From contig JAHECN010000002.1 of NCBI GenBank assembly GCA_024641735.1, forward strand, positions 1 through 58,537: a stretch of 58,537 nt of DNA, given 5' to 3'. The notes below the pieces were generated by a model. It was not told where the DNA came from, made no database searches, and saw nothing but the letters and a program-made list of their open reading frames with translations. The position numbers and the translations under genes are program-made. This stretch comes from Gemmatimonadota bacterium. Its GTDB lineage: Bacteria > Gemmatimonadota > Gemmatimonadetes > Gemmatimonadales > GWC2-71-9. This document shows, piece after piece, positions 7,814 through 16,059 of this stretch; the first letter of the stretch is position 1; every line of letters starts with the position of its first letter.

Positions 7814-9109
7814 ATGCGACTGACCTATTCCTCACTGCTGGCGCTGCTGGCGGTTTCCGCCTGTGCGCCGGGCGCGGCCACACCCGATCCCGCCCTCCTC
7901 GATGGCATCGCCCGGCGGTACGTCGTGCTCGCCCTCCAGCTCGGTCACCATGACCCGAGTTATGTCGATGCGTGGTATGGGCCAGATTCGTTGAAGGTGC
8001 TCGCGGATCGGGATACGCTCCCGGTGATGACGATCGCTGCCTCAGCAGACTCGCTCGTCGGCATCCTCGGGACGGCGACGCCGGCCTACGCCGACAGCCT
8101 CGTCGTGATGCGGCACCGCTATCTCCGAACCCAGTTGCAATCGCTCTCCGCACGGGCGGCGATGGTGAATGGCCAGAAGTTCAACTTCGATGAAGAGGCC
8201 CAACGCCTCTATGGCGCGACGCCACCGACCTTCTCTGATGCCCATTTCGATTCGTTGGTGGCCCGGTTGGATCTCTTGCTGCCCGGGAACGGTCCGCTCA
8301 TCGAACGGTACACACGCTTCCGGGCAGGTGTCATGATTCCGGCGGAGTTGGTGGACACCGTCTTCAAGGTGGCAATCGCCGCATGCCGCACACGCACGCT
8401 GGCCTATGCCTCGCTCCCCGCGGGTGAGGGGTTTGCGCTGGAGTATGTGAAGGGCACCCCTTGGAGCGGCTATAACTGGTACAAGGGGAAGGCACAGTCG
8501 TTGATTCAGGTCAATCTCGATTTTCCGATCGCTGTGGAACGCGCGGTCGACTTGGCGTGCCACGAGGGGTACCCGGGACACCATGTGTACAACAGCCGGC
8601 TCGAGGAAGCACTCGTCAACGGGCGCGGTTGGGTCGAGTTTTCCGTCTATCCCCTCTTCTCACCCCAGTCGCTGATTGCGGAAGGGAGCGCCAACTTCGG
8701 CATCGACATGGCATTCCCCGGCGAAGAACGCACCGCATTCGAGCGCGACTCGCTCTTTCCGCTGGCGGGGCTCGACCCAGCGTTGGCGGAACAGAACTCC
8801 GCCGTGCGCGTCGTGATGGAAGAATTGAACTACGGCCGCAACGAGGTCGCTCGCCGGTATCTGGACGGAGTGATTGATTCAACGGCGGCAATCGGCCTGA
8901 TCGAACGGTGGTGGCTGCAGACTCCCGCGGCCGCGGCGAAGACGCTCCGGTTCATCCAGGTCAATCGCAGCTATGTGATCAACTACAACCTGGGACGAGA
9001 TCTTGTCGCCGCGTGGGTCGAGCGGGAGGGTGGGGCGGACCGCGCGGCGCGGTGGCGCGCGTTCAATGCGTTGCTCTCCTCACCACGACTCCCCGCCGAC
9101 CTGCAGTGA
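7814..9109 (+). CDS. Lipoprotein, DUF885-like putative metallopeptidase
   Basis: Signal peptide plus lipobox (LLALLAVSAC). CHEGYPGHH and the downstream AEGSANFG resemble the HExxPGHH / EGWA signature of DUF885 proteins. It is shorter than typical family members. Confidence 0.5.
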   Translation: MRLTYSSLLALLAVSACAPGAATPDPALLDGIARRYVVLALQLGHHDPSYVDAWYGPDSLKVLADRDTLPVMTIAASADSLVGILGTATPAYADSLVVMRHRYLRTQLQSLSARAAMVNGQKFNFDEEAQRLYGATPPTFSDAHFDSLVARLDLLLPGNGPLIERYTRFRAGVMIPAELVDTVFKVAIAACRTRTLAYASLPAGEGFALEYVKGTPWSGYNWYKGKAQSLIQVNLDFPIAVERAVDLACHEGYPGHHVYNSRLEEALVNGRGWVEFSVYPLFSPQSLIAEGSANFGIDMAFPGEERTAFERDSLFPLAGLDPALAEQNSAVRVVMEELNYGRNEVARRYLDGVIDSTAAIGLIERWWLQTPAAAAKTLRFIQVNRSYVINYNLGRDLVAAWVEREGGADRAARWRAFNALLSSPRLPADLQ

Positions 9110-9130
9110 CGTCACCGGCCGGCGCGCAAA

Positions 9131-10069
9131 CTAGTGCGCGTCGGCCGCCGTCAGAAAACGACGCAGCGCGGCGATGTAGGCATCCGGCTTGTCCTGCATC
9201 GCCATGTGTCCCGCGCCCGGGATCACGACGACCTCGGCGCGCGGCAACTCGCCGGCAATGGCCTGAGCCTCGGGCGGCGGGACTTCGTCATGCTCGCCGA
9301 CGATGACGAGGGTGCGGAGCACAATCTCATGCAATCGATCGAAGCGATTGAACGCGGTAAGCGTGCCGGTCGCCCGGAACTCGCTCTTGCCCCAGAGGTA
9401 CTGGTAGACCTGCCAGTTCGTGTCGCCGCCCACCGCACAGCGCTGTTGCACCACAAAGGGCGTCTCCTCTCGCTGGACAAACGTCCGGTGAAAGCGACTG
9501 ACGATCTGCTGATATCCCGCGGCGTCCGTGGCGTCGCGATCCTCGAAGCGCCGAGCGACCTCTCGGGCCTCCCCAGGCATGGTGCCGAGGAGTGAGTCCG
9601 TCACATGCAACCAACGCGGTGTGCTGACGAGTGGTCCCGCGAGGGTGAGGGAGGCAATCCCTTCGCTTCCGTGTGTCAGCAGGTATTCGATCGCAAGCGC
9701 GGCGCCCCACGAGTGACCATACAGGTGGACCTGCGGCAGGCCCAGCGCGCGCCGCAGCGAGTCCAAGTCGCTCACGAAGTTCGGCAGGTTCCACGACGCG
9801 GTGTCGGTGGCGATGGAGGACCGGCCACTGCCGCGTTGATCGTAAAAGATGACTGGCCGATCACGGCCGATCGCTTCGAGGGTGGCGAGCTCACAGCTGC
9901 GACCGCCGGGGCCGCCGTGGATCACCAAGAGTGGCGTGCCGCTCCCCGTCCCAACAACGCGATAGTGCAATTGGGCGGTCGGCACGACGACCAATCCCTC
10001 GCGGACGGTCGCTGTCGAGTCACTGCAACCCAGCGCGAGGAACGCGAGCACCAGCGGATGCCACTTCAT
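9131..10069 (-). CDS. Alpha/beta hydrolase lipoprotein (proline iminopeptidase-like)
   Basis: Start placed at ATG 10069 (MKWHPLVLAFLALGC lipobox, GGAGG RBS). HGGPGG oxyanion motif and GHSWGA nucleophile elbow. ATGA overlap with the uup stop codon. Confidence 0.7.
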   Translation of the reverse strand: MKWHPLVLAFLALGCSDSTATVREGLVVVPTAQLHYRVVGTGSGTPLLVIHGGPGGRSCELATLEAIGRDRPVIFYDQRGSGRSSIATDTASWNLPNFVSDLDSLRRALGLPQVHLYGHSWGAALAIEYLLTHGSEGIASLTLAGPLVSTPRWLHVTDSLLGTMPGEAREVARRFEDRDATDAAGYQQIVSRFHRTFVQREETPFVVQQRCAVGGDTNWQVYQYLWGKSEFRATGTLTAFNRFDRLHEIVLRTLVIVGEHDEVPPPEAQAIAGELPRAEVVVIPGAGHMAMQDKPDAYIAALRRFLTAADAH

Positions 10070-11964
10070 TCTGCCTCCGCGGCGAGCAATTCCAGCGCTT
10101 CCCAACGGGTCGTCAAGGTGGCGATCTCCTGGTCGACGGCCGCGAGATCTGCCTTGGCCTTCGCCGCCGCCGCTCCATCGCGGAGCAGGGCCGGATCACT
10201 CAATGCCTCGAAGAGTGCAACGCGCCGTCGTTCCGCGCGGTCGATTCGATCTGGCAACCCGGTCAGCTCCGTCGCTTCCTTGTGGCTGAGGCGCTTCTTG
10301 GGCTTCGGCTTGGGAGCCGTTGGCCCCTTGGACTTCGTGGGCGCGGGGGCACGTTGCGCGAGAATCGCGGCCGCGCGGTGCCGCGCCCAATCCGAATAGC
10401 CCCCAACGTACTCCCCGATGCGTCCGCCACCTTCCATCACCAGGGTGCTGGTCACGACATTGTCGAGGAAGGTCCGGTCGTGGCTCACCACCAACAGCGT
10501 CGCCTTGAGGTCGAGGAGCAGTTCTTCCAACAGGTCGAGCGTTTCGATGTCGAGATCGTTCGTCGGTTCGTCCAGTACCAGCACGTTGAAGCGGCGCGTG
10601 AAGAGTCGCGCCAACAGCAGGCGATTCCGTTCACCGCCCGAGAGCACCTTGATCGGGGTGCGTGCCCGGTCTGGCGAAAAGAGGAAGTCCTGCAGATAGC
10701 CGAGGACGTGTTTGCGCATCCCGTTGATCTCGATGAACTCCGTCCCATCACCGATGCTCTGGACCACCGTCTGTTCGGGGTCGAGCTGTTCGCGCAATTG
10801 GTCGAAGTAGGCGACTTCCAGGTTGGTGCCGTGTCGCACCGTCCCGGTATCCGGCTCGAGTGTCCCGAGCAACAGCCGCAGCAGCGTCGTCTTGCCGGAG
10901 CCATTGGGGCCGATCAAGCCGATGCGGTCGCCGCGCGCGATGGTCGTCGTCAGGTCGCGCACGATCGGACGATCGCCATACGCGAAGCTGACGTCCTTTG
11001 CCTCGAGCACCAGCTTGCCGGAGCGTTCGGCTTCCTGCGCCTGCAGGCGCACGGTCCCAACCCGTTCGCGACGGGCGCTGCGCTCCAGCCGGAGTGCCTC
11101 CAAGGCGCGCACCCGACCTTCGTTGCGCGTCCGTCGTGCTTGAATACCCGTGCGGATCCATACTTCCTCACGCGCGAGCTTCTTGTCGAACTCGGCCCAC
11201 TCTTTCTGCTGCGAGGCGAGCGCGGCTTCCTTCCGTTCGAGATACGTATCGTATCCCGTGCCCCAGTCGATCAACTGCCCGCGGTCGAGGTCCACGATCC
11301 GCGTGGCAACCCGCCGCAGGAAAGTCCGGTCGTGGGTCACAAAGACCAGCGTCGTGCCTCGGGCGATCAGAAACTCTTCGAGCCACTCGACCGCTTCGAC
11401 ATCGAGGTGGTTGGTCGGCTCGTCGAGCAACAGCACGTCCGGCTCGCGCACCAGTGCACGGGCAAGCAGCGCTTGCCGCTTCCGCCCACCGGATGCCTCG
11501 GCAAACGGCGCTTCGGGGTCCAGCGCGAGATGCTCCAGCACTGTCTCCACGCGACTCTTGATCTGCCATGCGTTGGCGGCGTCGAGCGCGTGATGCAGGC
11601 GGTCCAGTTCGGCGAGGGCGGCGTCGCTGTGGTCGGTCACGACGCGATGACTCGCGTGGTGATAGTCGGCGAGGAGTTGCCCCTCGCGGCCGAGACCTTC
11701 CGCCACGATGTCGTACATGGTCCCCGCCACGTCGCCGGGCACCTCTTGTTCGAGCCGTGTGACGGTCACGCCGGTCTGGCGCACGAGCTCGCCGCTGTCT
11801 GGCTGCAGGGAACCATCCAGCAACTTCATGACGGTGCTCTTGCCCGCGCCGTTGCGGCCGAGGAGACAGACACGCTCCCCCCGCTCGATGACGAGGTTGG
11901 CGTCATCGAGAAGGCGGGGGCCGCCGAAAGTGAGCGATACGTCCTGCAGGGCCAGCAATGCCAT
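10066..11964 (-). CDS. uup: ABC-F family ATPase Uup
   Basis: Two ABC cassettes (GRNGAGKST / GPNGSGKTT Walker A; LSGG signatures). The linker EVWIRTGIQARRTRNEGRVRAL is near-identical in pattern to E. coli Uup. Has a C-terminal coiled-coil tail. 632 aa. Confidence 0.85.
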   Translation of the reverse strand: MALLALQDVSLTFGGPRLLDDANLVIERGERVCLLGRNGAGKSTVMKLLDGSLQPDSGELVRQTGVTVTRLEQEVPGDVAGTMYDIVAEGLGREGQLLADYHHASHRVVTDHSDAALAELDRLHHALDAANAWQIKSRVETVLEHLALDPEAPFAEASGGRKRQALLARALVREPDVLLLDEPTNHLDVEAVEWLEEFLIARGTTLVFVTHDRTFLRRVATRIVDLDRGQLIDWGTGYDTYLERKEAALASQQKEWAEFDKKLAREEVWIRTGIQARRTRNEGRVRALEALRLERSARRERVGTVRLQAQEAERSGKLVLEAKDVSFAYGDRPIVRDLTTTIARGDRIGLIGPNGSGKTTLLRLLLGTLEPDTGTVRHGTNLEVAYFDQLREQLDPEQTVVQSIGDGTEFIEINGMRKHVLGYLQDFLFSPDRARTPIKVLSGGERNRLLLARLFTRRFNVLVLDEPTNDLDIETLDLLEELLLDLKATLLVVSHDRTFLDNVVTSTLVMEGGGRIGEYVGGYSDWARHRAAAILAQRAPAPTKSKGPTAPKPKPKKRLSHKEATELTGLPDRIDRAERRRVALFEALSDPALLRDGAAAAKAKADLAAVDQEIATLTTRWEALELLAAEAE

Positions 11965-12066
11965 CAGCGACCAACACCTGGGCTCAGCGTGAGCGCGTGC
12001 GCCATCGCGGCGCGTTGCGGAGCAGGAAGGTAGCGGAGTGGCCCCCCAAGGGCGGTGGTCGGGCGG

Positions 12067-12858
12067 CTACTGGGGAAGCGAGCTGGTTGCCCTAGGTTCT
12101 CCATTCAGCCAGACGCCAAGCGAGAGCGTGCGCTCCCGGGCGGTGTTCTTCCCGGACACGCCACCGTAGTAGCCCGCCTGCAACCCGACGCCCTTCGATA
12201 CCCGGAAGACCGCTGAGCCTCCCAGTTTGGTAGCGCTGTACGCCAAGCCGCCATCCTGAAACGCGGCGACATTGAACGCCTGCGCCATGATGAGGAGACG
12301 TGGCGCGGCGTCGAGGCCCACCGTGAGATCGTAGCGAATCTCTCTCGCGCCGGTGCGCCAGACCGATCCTCCCGCGGCGGCGGACAGGAAGCCGCGACGC
12401 CCGAGAGCTCCAAAGCCGGTGCCATAGAGCAGTCGGAGGTCGGTGTCGCTGCTGACCGGGCCCAGAACCGGACGGGCCTTCGTGTCATAGAGCAGGGGTA
12501 GGTCCACGCGTCCCTGAATGGAGACGATGCCACCGCGTCCTTGGGCGATCCGCTTCATCACGAAGAGGCCCGTGGCGCCAAAGCCCGTGGTCACCTGTGA
12601 GGTCCCGTTGCGCTTGTCTTCAAGGCGCGCAAATCCCTGTCCCATCCCGATGCTCAGGCCGTCGGCCAAGCCGTAGATCGCGTACATCCCCCAATCCAAC
12701 TTCTCGAGTGCATTCTCCGTCGCGCCCGGCCCGCTCGAGAAGCGATCCGGGAAGCGCCCCGAGTTGAACCCATGCGACATGAACCAGCCGCCGGGCTGCA
12801 CGGTCCATTGCGCCGCGAGCGACGCAGGAAGCAGCAGGAGGAGAAGAAACGTCTTCAT
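12067..12858 (-). CDS. Signal-peptide protein, outer-membrane beta-barrel candidate (last gene of the EPS-like locus)
   Basis: MKTFLLLLLLPASLAAQ signal peptide. Alternating hydrophobic/polar G/Y/S-rich segments run throughout. 4-nt overlap with the upstream gene. Confidence 0.45.
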   Translation of the reverse strand: MKTFLLLLLLPASLAAQWTVQPGGWFMSHGFNSGRFPDRFSSGPGATENALEKLDWGMYAIYGLADGLSIGMGQGFARLEDKRNGTSQVTTGFGATGLFVMKRIAQGRGGIVSIQGRVDLPLLYDTKARPVLGPVSSDTDLRLLYGTGFGALGRRGFLSAAAGGSVWRTGAREIRYDLTVGLDAAPRLLIMAQAFNVAAFQDGGLAYSATKLGGSAVFRVSKGVGLQAGYYGGVSGKNTARERTLSLGVWLNGEPRATSSLPQ

Positions 12859-14249
12859 CGCAGCAGTCCTCGAGCAGGAGGGGCAATCGCGGCACTGAAC
12901 CGGACGGGGAGTCGTGGGGCGTTCGGAAGGCGATAGAGCGTGTATCCGCTCCAGCTCCAGTCTTCCACGAACCCGGCCGGTGGGTGTCGCGCCGCATCGA
13001 GGCTCAACCCGTCCGCATCTTCCGTGACCAACACGTACTGGACTGCCTCGCGCGGCATGCCGACCGCGAGATCAAAGCCGATGTCCCGCGTCGTGAGATA
13101 CGCATCGAGCGAAGGGACCCATTTCAGCAGCCCGTCGGCACGCCGATCGTCGACCAGGATGCTCCGCGGTGGCGCAACCGCCAGCGCCTGCGCGACGGCA
13201 CGGTCTCGACGGTCGGCATCACTCGGTGTCGGCAGTGGGATGAACCACCAGGAGGCCACTGCCTGTCCAGCGGCGAGGACGACGAGGGACCAACGCTGGA
13301 GCCGCGATACATCGCGTGGGAGTGCCACGATCGCGACCAGCATCAGCAGCGTCGCCGCGAACGCGAGCGAGAAATGCCATCCGGTTTGTGTTGCGGCGGC
13401 GAGGAGCAGGAACGGCAAGAGCATTCCCGCCGTCGTCGCCTTCGGACGGACGAGCGCCGCCGCGGAGACCACCAAGTACGGAATGGTCCAGCGAAGAAGT
13501 TCGAGGATCGCCGGTGAGTCGCGTTCCCACGGCGTGAAGGGGAATGCCACGCGGCCTGTGAACACCCACGAGAGATAGGCCCACGTGACGGTCGCGGCGA
13601 ATCCCGGGAACACCAGCAATACCATCTGCGAGGCAAACGGCGGGATCTGCAAGCGCGGAAAAAGTACGGGCAGGATCGCGCCGGCAATCAGCGCCAAGCC
13701 GAGACCGAGCGGAGAGCTGTAGAAGGCGAGTCCGAGCCAGAGGCCGGTGTACAGTCCGTGAATCGTGCGCCGCGTGGACCACCAACGGCGGTAATGCCGC
13801 CAGCCGACAAAGAGTGCCGCCAGTCCGAGCGCCTCGTTGAAATTGCCGGCCGTGAAGTGGAGGCCGAGGGGCGTCCAGAGGATGGCGAGCAACAGGAGAT
13901 ATGGCAGAATGGTACGTCGCGAGGTGCACTCGTCGACGACGTACCACGCCAGTCCCATGAGACCGAATGCACCGAGCGCGACGGCCCAGTAGTCGGTTGG
14001 CGAGGGCAACAGGAGCAGGAAGGGGAGCGGCGGGTACTCGAATCCCAACAACTCCAACCGACCACGATCCGCGGCGAATAGCACGCGTTGGATGAAGGCG
14101 CCGTGCGGATCACTGCGCCATCCCTCCCCGATCAGCAACCACGCGGCGACCGCCGGCGGCAGTGCCGCCAGCAGAGCCAGGGTCGCCCGCACCCACCGCG
14201 GCGCGCGCGGCTCAGTGGGTAGCGGCGGCGGGGTGGCGGGTGAGACCAT
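12855..14249 (-). CDS. Polytopic inner-membrane protein with C-terminal soluble domain (GT-C/ArnT-PMT-like suspected), paralog of 18136..19680
   Basis: More than 10 hydrophobic helices are followed by a roughly 110-aa hydrophilic tail. ATG at 14249. 38-nt overlap with the GT2 gene. The tail resembles that of the 514-aa protein by eye. Confidence 0.5.
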   Translation of the reverse strand: MVSPATPPPLPTEPRAPRWVRATLALLAALPPAVAAWLLIGEGWRSDPHGAFIQRVLFAADRGRLELLGFEYPPLPFLLLLPSPTDYWAVALGAFGLMGLAWYVVDECTSRRTILPYLLLLAILWTPLGLHFTAGNFNEALGLAALFVGWRHYRRWWSTRRTIHGLYTGLWLGLAFYSSPLGLGLALIAGAILPVLFPRLQIPPFASQMVLLVFPGFAATVTWAYLSWVFTGRVAFPFTPWERDSPAILELLRWTIPYLVVSAAALVRPKATTAGMLLPFLLLAAATQTGWHFSLAFAATLLMLVAIVALPRDVSRLQRWSLVVLAAGQAVASWWFIPLPTPSDADRRDRAVAQALAVAPPRSILVDDRRADGLLKWVPSLDAYLTTRDIGFDLAVGMPREAVQYVLVTEDADGLSLDAARHPPAGFVEDWSWSGYTLYRLPNAPRLPVRFSAAIAPPARGLLR

Positions 14250-16059
14250 GCGTGGTCTTCTCCCAGTAGTAGGGGCGAGTGAAGAGCTGTCCGAGCGCCT
14301 TGTAGGCCGCGATCGAGTGCAGGACCCAGTAGAACGGATTCAGCAAGGAAAAGAGCACCAGTCCGTGCAATCCCCGCCGGAAGACCGCGAACATGTTGAT
14401 GTAGATCGCCAGGGCATTGCCCAACAGGAGATTGAACAACGAGAGGTACAGAATGATCGGCGGAAAGAGCGGGTCGAGTGCTGTGGTCCGCGTGATGACC
14501 CAGCCAATCGTCAGCAGGACGGAGATGGGTTGGAGCAGGAAGATCAACGGCGTGCCGGCGATCAGCAGGGTGAAGCCGAGTGTTTGGCGGAGCCCAGCGC
14601 GTCGCACCAATCCCATGGGATCGCGCGAGAAGACCAACGCCGTCTGCATATACCCTTTGATCCAGCGCGAACGCTGCCGAATCCAGTTGCCGACGTTCTT
14701 GTTCGCCTCCTCAAAGGTCGTCGAGTTCACGATCCCGACACGGTAGCCGTGCATCGCGGCCCGAATGCCGAGGTCGGCATCTTCGGTGACATTGAATGGG
14801 TCCCAGCCCCCGAGATCGCGCAGCACTTTCGTCTTGAAATGATTGCTGGTGCCCCCGAGCGGAATCGGCATGCGCAACTTGTCGAGCCCAGGGAGCAGGT
14901 AGTCAAACCAGAACGAATACTCGAGGGTAAACATCCGAGTGAGGAAGTTCTCGCTCGCGTTGTAATAGTTCAGCGCGGCCTGCAGGCAGACCAGTTCGGC
15001 TGGCCCACGACGGAAGGCCAACACCGCCTTCTTCAATTGGTCCGACTCGGGTTGATCCTCGGCGTCATAGATCACCAGATACTCACCCAGTGCGAACAGC
15101 AGTCCGACGTTGCAGGCCTTCGGCTTGGTCTGGGGTTGCCCTGCCGGCACCACGAGAATGCGGACGTTGGCCCCTGGCGCGGCGGCTTTCGCGGCGGCGA
15201 GCGTCGAGGGGTCATCTTCTTCCAGCAAGAGCAGGATGTCGAGCTTGTCTGCTGGATAATCCAGCGCCTTGAGGGAGCGGAGCAGCTGGGGCAATACCGC
15301 AGCTTCCCGGTAGGCGGGGACGAGGATGCTGTAGATCGGCAGATCGCGCTCGTCGAGTGCTCGGAGCTCGTCGGCGGTGACCGAGACCGTCGTTTCGGAG
15401 GCCGCGCCGCTGATGCCAACCACCGTCCGGAAGATGATGACGGTGAGAAAGAAGATGGTGATCGGGACATTGATCGCCAGAAGGGTCGCGTACGGCGCGG
15501 ACCAGAGCCCAGCCAGAACCAGGATGATCAACGCGCCGAAGAGCACGTACTGCGGCAATGTGAACACCGTGAAGGCGGATTCGGACTGGTCCCGGAAGTA
15601 GAGGCCGTAGATCGAGGCGTCGACGACCTTCCGCCGATTCGCGAGTCCAATCGCCTGGTCGATGTCCCATTCCGTGGTGACGCGAATGTCCAGCGTCCGG
15701 CCGGGATACACCACGGCCAAGGTCTCACGTAATTCGGCAGTGGGAGCGTCGGCCACGGCAACGGTGAGCGTCGTGCCGTCGTCGCGCAGTGGCACGGCGC
15801 GGAAGCGCATCGTGGCATCGAGCGGGAAGCGTTGCGCCACCGCAGGGACCAGCGCCGTGTCGGTGATCGTGATGAACGGCAGGTTCCAGAGATCCGCCAA
15901 GGCCCGACCGAGGTCGAGTCGACGAATGAATCCCAGAATCAACAGCAATCGACCAAGCCGCTCGCCGGTCCGCTCCTGTTGCTGGAGCGCGACGGCGAGC
16001 TGTTGCTCAGTGATCAGACCTCGCTGGACGAGGTATTCACCCAGCCGGATCGAGCTCAC
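14212..16059 (-). CDS. Processive family-2 glycosyltransferase (synthase) with N-terminal MshEN / T2SSE_N c-di-GMP-binding domain
   Basis: GTG start at 16059. Residues 5-57 form a tandem 24-aa MshEN motif: RLGEYLVQRGLITEQQLAVALQQQ - ERTGE - RLGRLLLILGFIRRLDLGRALADL. GT2 motifs are YDAEDQ, TEDADLG and QRSRW. There are 2 TM helices before the catalytic domain and about 4 after it. Confidence 0.85.
   Translation of the reverse strand: MSSIRLGEYLVQRGLITEQQLAVALQQQERTGERLGRLLLILGFIRRLDLGRALADLWNLPFITITDTALVPAVAQRFPLDATMRFRAVPLRDDGTTLTVAVADAPTAELRETLAVVYPGRTLDIRVTTEWDIDQAIGLANRRKVVDASIYGLYFRDQSESAFTVFTLPQYVLFGALIILVLAGLWSAPYATLLAINVPITIFFLTVIIFRTVVGISGAASETTVSVTADELRALDERDLPIYSILVPAYREAAVLPQLLRSLKALDYPADKLDILLLLEEDDPSTLAAAKAAAPGANVRILVVPAGQPQTKPKACNVGLLFALGEYLVIYDAEDQPESDQLKKAVLAFRRGPAELVCLQAALNYYNASENFLTRMFTLEYSFWFDYLLPGLDKLRMPIPLGGTSNHFKTKVLRDLGGWDPFNVTEDADLGIRAAMHGYRVGIVNSTTFEEANKNVGNWIRQRSRWIKGYMQTALVFSRDPMGLVRRAGLRQTLGFTLLIAGTPLIFLLQPISVLLTIGWVITRTTALDPLFPPIILYLSLFNLLLGNALAIYINMFAVFRRGLHGLVLFSLLNPFYWVLHSIAAYKALGQLFTRPYYWEKTTHGLTRHPAAATH

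Noticed and set aside
9931-12033. 700-aa plus-strand ORF, one example of many long antisense ORFs. Others include 583..1557(-), 6533..7801(-), 14092..15732(+), 18085..19644(+), 26971..27936(-), 30648..31796(+), 36950..38545(-), 44847..46337(-), 54615..55916(-), 55901..56872(-) and 57209..58135(-).
   Set aside because: Each lies opposite a gene with unmistakable family motifs (uup, metB-like, GT2, pntB, acnA, M3, M1, cysK-like, K+ channel). Their translations are Arg/Gly/Pro/His-rich low-complexity sequences with no motifs. This is the usual stop-codon-poor shadow frame of GC-rich DNA.
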